In this document: positions 31,601 through 39,758 of the stretch, one piece after another
How positions within the stretch are numbered: the first letter of the stretch is position 1
Layout of the letters: each line of letters opens with the position of its first letter
Origin: Deltaproteobacteria bacterium
Lineage (GTDB): Bacteria > Desulfobacterota > GWC2-55-46 > UBA9637 > GWC2-42-11
Direction: 5' to 3'
Assembly (NCBI GenBank): GCA_016223005.1
Contig: JACRPW010000040.1
Coordinates: 1 to 62,932 of the forward strand
DNA: 62,932 nt
Notes under the pieces: model-generated
What the model was told of the DNA's origin: nothing
What the model saw: the letters and a program-made list of their open reading frames with translations, nothing else
Databases searched by the model: none
Translations under genes and position numbers: made by a program

Positions 31601-31759
31601 GTCTTTTGCAAGTGTACTTATAAGTTCAGGGAATGTCCAGACCCTGTAACCTGTAAGCACGCCACTTTCTTCTGCAAATTGTTTGAGTTTTTCTTCAACC
31701 ATCAGGGCAGTTGGAAGGAGGAAAAGGGTTGATGAGTATTGTTTATGGTCAGGCTTCAT
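28616..31759 (-). CDS. addB: AddB-type helicase-like/nuclease subunit with Fe-S cysteines
   Basis: Overlaps addA by 22 nt. The C-terminal RecB-type nuclease has GKIDRIDR...VIDYKMG and Cys ligands (CPFSFY ... CLYCRFKNIC). No Walker A is visible at the N-terminus. Confidence 0.8.
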   Translation of the reverse strand: MKPDHKQYSSTLFLLPTALMVEEKLKQFAEESGVLTGYRVWTFPELISTLAKDFPIKKRQISSIGELLLIKDAVLSVSAEPVSTRLSPIRDSSVFFRAVNKFIRELRQALVCSKDFEKAVRCIDNEKYHILARIYSHYENRLKFLNLTDDIGRQREILAGLEGYKGIPQSLSDTENLVIEGFYDLLPIQRRIVKVLIDKGIIPEIIPVYSLENPDATKAAEDLLNFFETMENLSPESIIFKPADSGNEENSINALIHNLFKIDKSNAHITDDTVNLIAGPGRYIEIEAVGRKIRRLLKDGVNPSEIGVIFRDIATYEEIVEDVFKRFNIPLYFRRGRNLLALPVVKNIMSIYDIIESNFERERVLKLLNSSYVGISQITGGNGIKFKEVERIVSEVKVVDEDTERWDKAFERYLKSVGIKDRKDGTKVDIETLLTTKNLILNFIAILKGIDKRQPFIGHRDNLYTVIRKLDIEKRCSQQMRQQDIQALDILMDTILEIEKMLLLTGKDKSLLSISEFFSLVREALAEKYLPAYKNKGGIKALSILDARGIRFKHLFVCGLNDGEFPASETTHLFIRDDDKKILNNALGRRIFLTNRTEWWKEPLLFILAISMAEERLCLTYSYLDETGRELLPSIFFRETRRILNIDTAADTALFKKIPVSEVIVNTEDALEKEELAVSLLKSLNLPHHNPDREYAEEVIELIGEGNGFKSNILRLKKICNIERLRSDKQGRADNWTGCITDIGLKSRLNEELLGNKSVWTTTMLETIAKCPFSFYMKDILKLIESEEMDVEINHLAAGTIIHRMLERFYKTAGQNGVLPLTGIEVESLLLNETISLVFKETLDTDFTGSKGLWEIKKHQIVNILKRFYDSEVKNHDRNFIPEYFEIEFGRNKNIPLLDIVLPDGVFVHIKGKIDRIDRCDKALRVIDYKMGSLPAKDEIGKIYFQLPIYILAAARYFNVNPSQCSGLYYSLKDNEGGDIKTIKTDNGSIPLDNYLSSLHGTEDKTLAKDIDRLVSLIKSGNFKAEPYNDRVCLYCRFKNICRCQNI

Positions 31760-31778
31760 AGGGTCATAATAAATCCTT

Positions 31779-31830
31779 GTAGCCGCAGGTTTTAGCCTGC
31801 GTATTAACGCAACCTAAAGGTTGCGGCTAC
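31779..31830. repeat. two-hairpin palindromic element
   Basis: Outer stem gtagc/gctac encloses cgcagg-tttta-g-cctgcg and cgcaacc-taaa-ggttgcg. It lies between tRNA-Arg and the addB start. Confidence 0.7.
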
Positions 31831-31861
31831 ACCCTTGCGTGATTTGGGTTTAATAGGTTTC

Positions 31862-31937
31862 TGGTGCGCCCGGAGGGATTTGAACCCACGACCCTTGGCT
31901 CCGGAGGCCAATGCTCTATCCCCTGAGCTACAGGCGC
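31862..31937 (-). tRNA. tRNA-Arg (anticodon CCG)
   Basis: The reverse complement folds as GCGCCTG/CGGGCGC acceptor, anticodon loop CTCCGGA, T loop TTCAAAT, and encoded CCA. Confidence 0.88.
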
Positions 31938-31954
31938 CTTTTTATAAGACAGTC

Positions 31955-32020
31955 AAGAGTCAGTAGCTAAAGATTAGTTTTTCACTCTTGACTTCTGACT
32001 TCTCACTTTTCACTTTCTTT
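31955..32020. repeat. inverted heptamer arrays (GTCAAGA/GTCAGTA vs TTCTGAC/TTCTCAC)
   Basis: gtcaagagtcagtag...cactcttgacttctgacttctcacttttcac, between the two tRNA-Arg genes. Confidence 0.7.
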
Positions 32021-32022
32021 AC

Positions 32023-32099
32023 TGGTGCGCCCGGCAGGATTTGAACCTGCAGCCCCCAGTTTCGAAGACTGATGCTCTATCCAGTTGAGCTACGGACGC
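32023..32099 (-). tRNA. tRNA-Arg (anticodon TCG)
   Basis: GCGTCCG acceptor, D loop AACTGGATA, anticodon loop CTTCGAA, T loop TTCAAAT, CCA end. Confidence 0.88.
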
Positions 32100-32112
32100 A
32101 CGGGCAAATTTT

Positions 32113-32465
32113 TGGTGGAGGCGGTGGGAATTGAACCCACTTCCGGGAGTGCCTATCCATGGCATGCTACATACATATCCTCTGTTTTAAATCTCACACC
32201 CAAATCCCCCAGAGACAGGGTATTTGAGGTGCCAGCCTGATTAAATCTCGCCTTTCATGACTTCAGGCAAAGTTTGAAAGGCAATCCTGCTATCTGTCGT
32301 CCCTTTAGCCCTGCAGGATGAGGCTCAAAGGACGCTGACTGAACTTAAGCAGCCAGAGCGTAATTATAGTCGTTTGCGACTATTGTTTTCTGGTGGTTTC
32401 ACGAGTCCCCATACCTCGGTATGCAGCCATTGGTTTCGGTCATCCCGTCGAATCCTGTCGCCCCC
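32113..32465 (-). ncRNA. ssrA: tmRNA (SsrA)
   Basis: 5' GGGGGCGACAGGATTCGACGGG and 3' GGGTTCAATTCCCACCGCCTCCACCA. The tag ORF is GCA AAC GAC TAT AAT TAC GCT CTG GCT GCT TAA (ANDYNYALAA) at 32345-32377. It lies downstream of smpB. Confidence 0.93.
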
Positions 32466-32536
32466 TTTTGTTTAGGAGGTAGAATATAGGAAAAGGGAAG
32501 TGGTTTTTCCACCCCCTACCTCCCTTTACCCACCTC

Positions 32537-33037
32537 CTATCTTTTAACTGCCTTTGCCATGTCTCTTTCAATAGTCTTTTTCTTTATGGACTCTCTTTTG
32601 TCAAAGAGTTTTTTGCCTTTGGCAAGGGCGAGTTCAACCTTTGCCTTGCCGTTTCTAAAATATACCTTTGTCGGAATTAGGGTTAACCCCTTTTCATGGA
32701 TTTTGCCTATAAGTTTCTTTATCTCCCTTTTATGAAGCAGTAATTTCCTCGTCCTGTCAGGAGGTGGTTCTGTGAATTTATCTGCCTGTGCATACGGGCT
32801 TATATGCATGTTCATTAAAAAGAGCTCCCCATCTTTTATCCTTGCAAAACTATCCTTCAGATTTGCCCTCCCTAAAACAATGGATTTTACCTCACTCCCT
32901 TTCAGAACGATACCTGCCTCGTAAGTTTCCTCAACAAAATAATCGTAATATGCCTTCTTGTTCTGACAGACAACCTTTATCCCGCCGGAAAACCTTGTTT
33001 GCGCGGCTTTATAAGACCTGTCACTCATAGTGAGCAT
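32537..33037 (-). CDS. smpB: SsrA-binding protein SmpB
   Basis: [27 protein letters not shown]...LLLHKREI. Confidence 0.92.
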   Translation of the reverse strand: MLTMSDRSYKAAQTRFSGGIKVVCQNKKAYYDYFVEETYEAGIVLKGSEVKSIVLGRANLKDSFARIKDGELFLMNMHISPYAQADKFTEPPPDRTRKLLLHKREIKKLIGKIHEKGLTLIPTKVYFRNGKAKVELALAKGKKLFDKRESIKKKTIERDMAKAVKR

Positions 33038-33064
33038 TATCTGAAAGGTATATAGGATTTTTGC

Positions 33065-33490
33065 TCACTTACTTGCAAGCCGAACAATGGTAGGTCTGAC
33101 GCCCTTTTTATTTTCCATTGCCTTCCCATAAATCCTTATCCCAAAAAATGCTGCTGTCAGAAATATTACTCCAAAGATACCTGATGCAAGGTCAGGGTTC
33201 AGATGTCCTGCAAATTTTTGACCAATCACAACCCCTGCAATAAATGCAAAAAGCGGAACAAGATAGATAATAAGGCTTGTTTTTATAATGGCTGATGTCG
33301 GTATCTTAAATATTACCATGTCACCAATATTTGCATTAACAGGGTTATCCACCTCTACAAAGGTTTCCTTTTCACCCAGACTATAGCAAAACTCCTTTGC
33401 CTGACATCTTTCACAGGTAGAACCCCGCTCTGTCTTTAATATTGCCCTGTCGGTTTTTATTGCCATTACAATGCCATGCTCTTCTACCAT
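33065..33490 (-). CDS. RseC/MucC-family (SoxR-reducing system) membrane protein
   Basis: N-terminal soluble part with CERCQAKEFC, followed by two TM helices. Size 141 aa. Confidence 0.6.
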   Translation of the reverse strand: MVEEHGIVMAIKTDRAILKTERGSTCERCQAKEFCYSLGEKETFVEVDNPVNANIGDMVIFKIPTSAIIKTSLIIYLVPLFAFIAGVVIGQKFAGHLNPDLASGIFGVIFLTAAFFGIRIYGKAMENKKGVRPTIVRLASK

Positions 33491-33558
33491 GTTTTTATGA
33501 TACCATGCTTAATTATTATTTGCAAATCAAACCTATTTTGGATATTTATAATATACAA

Positions 33559-34056
33559 ATGAATATTGTAAAATCAATCTCATCTCCTAAAATAACCGTT
33601 ATTGGTGTAGGGAATCTTTTGTTAAGGGATGAAGGGGTTGGAGTAAGGACTGTTGAATATATCATAGAAAATCACCTGCTCCCTGCTGATATAGAGGTTA
33701 TAGACGGAGGCACAGGGGGCATGAAGATTGTTTCACTCATCCAGAATACAGATTATCTTATTATTATAGATGCGGTTAATGGCAGAGGCATGGCAGGTGA
33801 TATATGCAGGTTGACAATTAATGACATAAGTCCAATGGTAAAGCAAAAGAGAACACTTCATGGGATAGGTATGCAGGAGGTGTTTTCCTTATTACAACTC
33901 ATGGGAGGGAAGATGCCTGAAACTATTGTAATAGGTGTGGCACCGATGGACATATCTTATGGTGATAAACTGAGCCCAAAAATAAAGCGAGCGGTTCCAA
34001 AGATTGCTGCAAAGGTTATAAAAGAGGTGAAAAATATTCAGGAAAGGTGTTTGTAA
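33559..34056 (+). CDS. [NiFe]-hydrogenase maturation endopeptidase (HyaD/HybD/HycI family)
   Basis: ITVIGVGNLLLRDEGVGV...VIDGGTGG...YLIIIDAV...LHGIG. The ATG at 33559 fits the family N-terminus; the longer ORF-track start overlaps the divergent gene. Confidence 0.8.
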   Translation: MNIVKSISSPKITVIGVGNLLLRDEGVGVRTVEYIIENHLLPADIEVIDGGTGGMKIVSLIQNTDYLIIIDAVNGRGMAGDICRLTINDISPMVKQKRTLHGIGMQEVFSLLQLMGGKMPETIVIGVAPMDISYGDKLSPKIKRAVPKIAAKVIKEVKNIQERCL

Positions 34057-34059
34057 AAT

Positions 34060-34305
34060 ATGCATACAGTTTCTATTGCCCGAAGCATAGTTGAGACAGT
34101 AAAAGTGTATGCTGAAAGAGAAGGCATAAAAAAAGTAACCAAGATAGGGCTTGCAATAGGGGGGTATTCCTGCATAGAGCCTTCATCCATTTCCTTTTGT
34201 TTTGATATAGTAAAGAAGGATACAATTGTAAAGGATGCTGTTCTTGATATAAAAAGGGCTGCAGGAGGGGACGATATAAAGGTGGTGTATATAGAGGGAG
34301 AATAA
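34060..34305 (+). CDS. hypA: HypA-like protein lacking the zinc-finger module
   Basis: MHTVSIARSIVETVKVYAEREGIKKVTKIGLAIGGYSCIEPSSISFCFD matches the HypA N-domain. It is only 81 aa and has no CxxC...CxxC. Confidence 0.65.
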   Translation: MHTVSIARSIVETVKVYAEREGIKKVTKIGLAIGGYSCIEPSSISFCFDIVKKDTIVKDAVLDIKRAAGGDDIKVVYIEGE

Positions 34306-34308
34306 TAG

Positions 34309-34524
34309 ATGTGTCTTGCTGTGCCTATGAGGGTAAGAAGGATTGAGGATGGTTCGGGTATTGTTGAGTATAATGGTGTGGAGCGTAGGGTTTCCACCCT
34401 TCTCATAGATGGAATAAAGGAAGGTGATTATATCCTTGTCCATGCAGGTTTTGCTATTTCCATAGTTGAAAAGCAATGGGCAGAGGAAATAATCCATCTC
34501 ATGGAGACATATATAAGTGGATGA
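34309..34524 (+). CDS. hypC: hydrogenase assembly chaperone HypC
   Basis: MCLAVPMRV...GDYILVHAGFAI. 71 aa. Confidence 0.9.
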   Translation: MCLAVPMRVRRIEDGSGIVEYNGVERRVSTLLIDGIKEGDYILVHAGFAISIVEKQWAEEIIHLMETYISG

Positions 34525-35629
34525 AGTCCTAAATCTTTACAGTGATAAAACTGTAGTAAAACAACTGCTTTCTGCTATAGATGCGGTTTCTATCTGTCGT
34601 CCTGTTAAAATCATGCATGTCTGCGGCACACATGAGAATACAATTTCAAGGTTTGGGATAAGGGAACTCCTTCCTGAACAGGTTAAAGTGATAGCGGGTC
34701 CCGGGTGTCCTGTGTGTGTTTGTCCAAGTGAGGATATAGATATTGCAATAAGGTTGGCACTGGATAAAGGGGTGATTCTGGCTGCCTTCGGAGACATGCT
34801 CCGTGTCCCATCTCCACACGGCTCACCCATGGATGCAAAGGCAATTGGTGGTGATATTCGGGTTATCTACAGTCCGTTTGATTCTATCAGAATAGCAAAG
34901 GAAAACCCTGATAAAGAGGTTGTCCTTTTTTGTGTTGGTTTTGAAACCACCGCATGTGGAATAGCATCTGTAGTTCAATCGTCTAAAGAAAAGAACTTAA
35001 GTTTTTTAATGTCTAACCGCCTTATACCACCTTCTATGGAATTCCTTCTGGGTGTGGGCGACCTTTATATAGATGGTTTCATTATACCGGGTCATGTAAC
35101 AGCAGTTATGGGTTTAGATGAATACATGATTTTTCCAGAGGCATATAGAATGCCTGTTGTGTCTGCAGGCTTTGAGCCTGTGGATATCCTTTTGGGAATA
35201 CTTATGATATTAAAACAGATAAAGGATAAGAATGCCCGATGTGAAAATGCGTATAAAAGGGCAGTAAAGGAAAAGGGTAACCCAAAGGCAAAAGAGATGA
35301 TGACACAGGTTTTTGATGTAGTTTCAGCATACTGGAGGGGGATAGGGAGGATTCCAAGGTCAGGTTTTATTCTAAAAGAGAATTATAGAGAAAAGGATGC
35401 CCTATATAAGTTTGGTGTCTCAAAAAATAAATCTCATATAGATTTACACCCGGGTTGTTCCTGCCACCTTATAATGACAGGGAAGATAAGCCCTCCTGAC
35501 TGTTCTCTTTTTGAAAGTTCATGCAATCCTCAAACCCCATATGGTCCATGCATGGTGTCTTATGAGGGAACTTGTAATTCATGGCATAAATATAGAAGAA
35601 GTAAGGGTGTAAAACGGACTTTTCATTAG
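34517..35629 (+). CDS. hypD: hydrogenase maturation protein HypD
   Basis: MHVCGTHE, GPGCPVCV, FCVGFETT, PGHV, and the C-terminal Cys cluster. 370 aa. Confidence 0.9.
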   Translation: MDEVLNLYSDKTVVKQLLSAIDAVSICRPVKIMHVCGTHENTISRFGIRELLPEQVKVIAGPGCPVCVCPSEDIDIAIRLALDKGVILAAFGDMLRVPSPHGSPMDAKAIGGDIRVIYSPFDSIRIAKENPDKEVVLFCVGFETTACGIASVVQSSKEKNLSFLMSNRLIPPSMEFLLGVGDLYIDGFIIPGHVTAVMGLDEYMIFPEAYRMPVVSAGFEPVDILLGILMILKQIKDKNARCENAYKRAVKEKGNPKAKEMMTQVFDVVSAYWRGIGRIPRSGFILKENYREKDALYKFGVSKNKSHIDLHPGCSCHLIMTGKISPPDCSLFESSCNPQTPYGPCMVSYEGTCNSWHKYRRSKGVKRTFH

Positions 35630-35646
35630 CCTGCTAATGGGATGTT

Positions 35647-36849
35647 ATGAGGATAAGAGAACAGCACGGTATGATTACACAAAGATTTGCCCCATTTATC
35701 CATAAAGCAGGATTTAATATCCCGCTTGCAATAGACTTGGGCATTAATAATGCACCAACAGTTTTTGCAGCAGGTGCTGAATTAAAGGCTGCCTTTTGTT
35801 TAACTAAAGATGGATATGCTATACTGGGTCCAACTATAGGTGACATGAGAAGCAAAGAGGCTATCATCTTTTATAAAGAGGGCATGAAGGATATTATAAA
35901 GGCTTTTGAGATAGACCCTGATATAATAGCCCATGACCTTCATCCTAACTACTGGACAACACAGTTTGCCAAGCAGATTTCAGATTCAAAAGAACCACCT
36001 ATCCAAAGTATACAGGTTCAGCACCATCACGCGCATATTGCATCCTGCATGGCAGAGCATGGTATCAGGGGAAATGTTCTGGGTGTTGCAATGGATGGAA
36101 CATCAAATGGTCAGGATGGAAAGATATGGGGAGGAGAATTTTTAATTGCAGATGAAACTGATTTTGAGAGGTTTGCACACCTTGAATATATGCCGATGCC
36201 CGGAGGTGAAATGGCAATAAAAGAACCTTTTCGGATGGCGTTTAGTTATATTTATCATACATTTGAAGGGGGTTATGGAGCAGAGATTGAATTTGCTAAA
36301 AGATTTGACCAGGGGGTTTTAAAGACATTTATAGACATGATGCGAGGTAAAATAAATTCTCCTCTTACATCAAGTTGCGGCAGGCTCTTTGATGCAGTAT
36401 CCTCTATTATCGGTATAAAGGATATTATAACATTTGAGGGTGAGGCAGCTATATCAATGGAAAGGGTTGCGTCTGCCAATGTATCAGGTTCTTATGGATT
36501 TGAGATAAAAGGGTTTAATCCATATATCATAGATGTAAAGCCTATGATAAAAGAGGTAGTAGAAGATGCAAGTAAAGGCAAGGCAATATCTGATATAGCA
36601 GGCGCTTTTCATAATACGATTGCAGATATAATATTGGCAGTTTCAAAGAATGCACGAAGGGATAAATCTATAGACAGGGTTATTCTTACAGGCGGTTGCT
36701 TTCAGAACGCACTTTTGTTGGGAAAGGCAGTGCCAAGACTTGCAGATAACGGGTTTCATGTATTTACACACAGGGTGGTCCCGCCAAATGATGGGGGGAT
36801 ATGTATTGGACAGGCACTCATAGCATCTTCAATGGCAAAAGGCATATAA
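35647..36849 (+). CDS. hypF: HypF carbamoyltransferase, C-terminal (Kae1/YrdC-adjacent) half only
   Basis: AAGAELKAAFCL, QHHHAHIASCMAEH, GVAMDGTSNGQDGKIWGGE, and TGGCFQN...PPNDGGICIGQA. Acylphosphatase, zinc-finger and YrdC parts are absent, and only 17 nt separate it from hypD. Confidence 0.75.
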   Translation: MRIREQHGMITQRFAPFIHKAGFNIPLAIDLGINNAPTVFAAGAELKAAFCLTKDGYAILGPTIGDMRSKEAIIFYKEGMKDIIKAFEIDPDIIAHDLHPNYWTTQFAKQISDSKEPPIQSIQVQHHHAHIASCMAEHGIRGNVLGVAMDGTSNGQDGKIWGGEFLIADETDFERFAHLEYMPMPGGEMAIKEPFRMAFSYIYHTFEGGYGAEIEFAKRFDQGVLKTFIDMMRGKINSPLTSSCGRLFDAVSSIIGIKDIITFEGEAAISMERVASANVSGSYGFEIKGFNPYIIDVKPMIKEVVEDASKGKAISDIAGAFHNTIADIILAVSKNARRDKSIDRVILTGGCFQNALLLGKAVPRLADNGFHVFTHRVVPPNDGGICIGQALIASSMAKGI

Positions 36850-36863
36850 AAATTCTCTCTAAT

Positions 36864-37712
36864 ATGATTGTTTATTCTCCAGCAAAAATAAATCTCTTCT
36901 TAAAGGTCTTAAAAAAGCGGGATGATGGCTATCACGACATTGTTACAGTTATGCAGCCTGTCTCTATTTATGACGAAATATCTCTTAAAATAACAAACGG
37001 AGAGGGTATTGTAGTTACCTCTGATAACAAGACCATACCGCTGGATAAAACAAACCTTGTATACAAGGCAGCCGATGCCTTATTAAGTTATACAAGACTA
37101 AAAAGGCATGTTGCTATTAAAATCAAAAAAAGAATTCCTGTGGCGGCCGGATTGGGGGGCGGAAGCAGTAATGCAGCAACTGTCTTGACAAGTTTAAACA
37201 GCATGCTTTCAACAGGACTCCTTACAGATAACCTCTTGGAAATAGGGGCAGAACTTGGATCAGATGTGCCTTTTTTTATACATGGAGGTTCAGTGATTGC
37301 CGCAGGCAGGGGCGAGAAGATTGAAGGAATAGAAATTCCGAAATTCTGGTATATTATTATAAACCCAGATTTTCCCGTGTCAACAGCATGGGTATATGGA
37401 AATTTACACTTGACAAATAAACAAGGGAATATTAACATTCTTCACTTAAAAAAACTTTTAAAAAGTTGCACCATAGAAGATATTTTAGAAAATGACTTGG
37501 AGGATGTTACTGTAAAAAGGTATCCTCAAATTGCAGAAATAAAGTCTTTTTTGAAAAACATTGGTGCAAAGGGTGCGCTTATGTCAGGGAGCGGGCCAAC
37601 GGTTTTCGGGGTATTTGAAAATAAAGAAGCAGCAGAAAGCGCCTTTATTCGCATAAAAAACGACCCAATGTTTAAGAACATGGCTGTTTTTGTGGCGCAA
37701 GGAATAGAATAA
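36864..37712 (+). CDS. ispE: 4-diphosphocytidyl-2-C-methyl-D-erythritol kinase
   Basis: SPAKINLFLKVLKKRDDGYHDI and the GHMP motif PVAAGLGGGSSNAA. Confidence 0.9.
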   Translation: MIVYSPAKINLFLKVLKKRDDGYHDIVTVMQPVSIYDEISLKITNGEGIVVTSDNKTIPLDKTNLVYKAADALLSYTRLKRHVAIKIKKRIPVAAGLGGGSSNAATVLTSLNSMLSTGLLTDNLLEIGAELGSDVPFFIHGGSVIAAGRGEKIEGIEIPKFWYIIINPDFPVSTAWVYGNLHLTNKQGNINILHLKKLLKSCTIEDILENDLEDVTVKRYPQIAEIKSFLKNIGAKGALMSGSGPTVFGVFENKEAAESAFIRIKNDPMFKNMAVFVAQGIE

Positions 37713-37808
37713 AATCAAAAATCAAAAGTCAAAAATCAAAATGACAAATCAAAATATAAAGATTAAATACCTTAATTTTGATTTTTAATATTTGAATTTT
37801 AAATTTTC
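37711..37808. repeat. inverted arrays of TCAAAAN heptamers
   Basis: aaaatcaaaaatcaaaagtcaaaaatcaaaatgacaaatcaaaat ... attttgatttttaatatttgaattttaaatttt. Confidence 0.8.
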
Positions 37809-37815
37809 TTTATTT

Positions 37816-37890
37816 TGGGGCGTTGCCAAGCGGTAAGGCACAGGGTTTTGATCCCTGCATTCCCAGGTTCGAATCCTGGCGCCCCAACCA
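37816..37890 (+). tRNA. tRNA-Gln (anticodon TTG)
   Basis: TGGGGCG/CGCCCCA acceptor, anticodon stem CAGGG/CCCTG with loop TTTTGAT, T loop TTCGAAT, CCA. Confidence 0.9.
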
Positions 37891-37896
37891 TGAAAG

Positions 37897-37941
37897 CGGT
37901 TTAAACGGTTTAAACAGTTTAAGCGGTTTAAACGGTTTTTA
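37897..37941. repeat. five tandem 9-nt units CGGTTTAAA
   Basis: cggtttaaa cggtttaaa cagtttaag cggtttaaa cggttttta, directly upstream of prs. Confidence 0.85.
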
Positions 37942-37946
37942 AAACT

Positions 37947-38888
37947 ATGCTTGATAAACTTAAAATATTTACAGGGAATTCCAATATTCCGCTGGCATCA
38001 GAGATAGCCCGATACCTTGATGTGCCTCTTGGTGAATCAGAGGTAAAGAGTTTCAGCGATGGTGAGATATGCGTTGAGATTAAGGAGAGTGTCAGGGGTA
38101 TGGAGGTTTATGTTGTCCAGTCTACCTGTCCTCCGGCAAACAAGCATTTAATGGAACTCCTCATCATGCTGGATGCATTAAAAAGGGCATCTGCCTATGC
38201 AATAACAGCGGTAATACCATATTATGGTTATGCAAGACAGGATAGGAAGGTTGCGCCAAGAACACCCATCACTGCAAAATTAATAGCAGACCTGATTGCC
38301 ACAGCGGGTGCAACACGGGTTTTATGCGTAGACCTCCATGCAGGGCAGATACAGGGGTTTTTCAATGTGCCTGTTGATAATCTCTATGCAACGCCTGTGA
38401 TTTTGGAATATATCCATAATAATTATAAAGATGATGTGGTGATTGTATCGCCGGATGCAGGTGGTGTAGAAAGGGCAAGGGCATTTGCAAAGAGGCTTGA
38501 CACCAGTTTTGCAATTATTGATAAGAGACGACCTGCCCCAAATATTGCAGAGGTTATGAATATTATAGGAGATATAAAGGATAAAAAGGCAATACTTCTG
38601 GATGACATGATAGATACTGCAGGGACAATTACCCTGGCTGCAAATGCACTTGCTGAAAAGGGTGCAAAAGAGGTATATGCCTGCTGCACCCATCCTGTTT
38701 TTTCAGGTCCGGCAGCGGACAGGTTAAGAAAGTCAGCAATAAAAGAAGTTGTGGTAACAAACACGATACCTTTAAACAAAGAGGCATCAACACTAAATAA
38801 AATAAAGACACTCTCTATTGCCCCGCTTTTAAGTGAGGCAATAAAAAGGATACACTATGGAGAGTCAGTAAGTTCGCTGTTTGTATAG
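37947..38888 (+). CDS. prs: ribose-phosphate pyrophosphokinase
   Basis: [28 protein letters not shown], and DDMIDTAGT. Confidence 0.95.
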   Translation: MLDKLKIFTGNSNIPLASEIARYLDVPLGESEVKSFSDGEICVEIKESVRGMEVYVVQSTCPPANKHLMELLIMLDALKRASAYAITAVIPYYGYARQDRKVAPRTPITAKLIADLIATAGATRVLCVDLHAGQIQGFFNVPVDNLYATPVILEYIHNNYKDDVVIVSPDAGGVERARAFAKRLDTSFAIIDKRRPAPNIAEVMNIIGDIKDKKAILLDDMIDTAGTITLAANALAEKGAKEVYACCTHPVFSGPAADRLRKSAIKEVVVTNTIPLNKEASTLNKIKTLSIAPLLSEAIKRIHYGESVSSLFV

Positions 38889-38891
38889 AAA

Positions 38892-38968
38892 CAGGCGATA
38901 GGCGATAGGTGATAGGCAATTGGGTAAAATCAGTAACCCATAACCTATAGCCCATTGCCCATAGCCTG
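38892..38968. repeat. inverted arrays of ATAGGCN heptamers (imperfect 33-bp hairpin)
   Basis: caggcgataggcgataggtgataggcaattggg ... acccataacctatagcccattgcccatagcctg. Confidence 0.85.
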
Positions 38969-38985
38969 TATTTTTAGGAGGAGAC

Positions 38986-39684
38986 ATGGAACAGATTGAA
39001 TTAACAGCCGTGATGAGAAATGGTGTTGGTAAAGAGAAGGCAAAAAAACTCAGACGGGAAGGATTGGTGCCTGCAATACTCTACGGCCCTGTAGTTGCAA
39101 AGGCTTTGTCATTATCTTTAAATGGCAAGGATCTTAAAAAGGCATTATCAACAGGCGCAGGATCCAATGTCCTTGTGAACATAAAGATACAGGATGACAA
39201 AAAGAAAAAAAGGGTGGTTATGTTCAGAGGGTTTCAGAGAGATGTTCTCACACGAGAAATCATCCATGCTGACCTTTATGAACTGGTTATGGATCACAAG
39301 ATTGCTGTAGATGTGCCTGTTCATCTTGTTGGCAAGGCAGAGGGTGTAGCAATGGGAGGTATTATCCAGCAAGAGAGTAGGACATTGAAGATAGAATGTC
39401 TGCCGAATCAGATACCTGATAAGATAGATGTTGATGTTACCAGTCTTATAATCGGACATTCTATCCATGTAAAGGATATTACATTACCGCAGGGTTTAAA
39501 GATAGCAGGCGACCCAAATCAGACTATAGTCCTTGTAGCTGCACCAACTGAAGAGGTGGCAGTAAAGACCGCTGAAGAGATACAGGCTGAACTGGCAAAG
39601 TCGTTTGAAGAAAAGGAAAAACCAGAAGAAAAGCCTGTCCATGCAGGCAGTAAGCAGGGAAAGGAAGAGGAGAAGAAGAAGTAA
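38986..39684 (+). CDS. ctc: 50S ribosomal protein L25/general stress protein Ctc
   Basis: R.G.GK..A..LRREGLVPAILYG, a beta-barrel C-domain, and an acidic/lysine tail. Confidence 0.9.
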   Translation: MEQIELTAVMRNGVGKEKAKKLRREGLVPAILYGPVVAKALSLSLNGKDLKKALSTGAGSNVLVNIKIQDDKKKKRVVMFRGFQRDVLTREIIHADLYELVMDHKIAVDVPVHLVGKAEGVAMGGIIQQESRTLKIECLPNQIPDKIDVDVTSLIIGHSIHVKDITLPQGLKIAGDPNQTIVLVAAPTEEVAVKTAEEIQAELAKSFEEKEKPEEKPVHAGSKQGKEEEKKK

Positions 39685-39689
39685 CTGGC

Positions 39690-39750
39690 AATGGGCAATA
39701 GGCTAGCGGCAATAGGAAAAACCTATAGCCCATCGCCAATAGCCTATAGC
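39690..39750. repeat. inverted arrays of ATAGGCN heptamers
   Basis: ggcaatgggcaataggctagcggcaatagg aaaaa cctatagcccatcgccaatagcctatagcc. Confidence 0.85.
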
Positions 39751-39758
39751 CGAATTTT

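Noticed and set aside
28616-31759. AddB without a Walker A motif as a novelty
   Set aside because: AddB/RexB-type subunits with degenerate ATP-binding sites are common. The nuclease and Fe-S motifs are intact, so this is ordinary.
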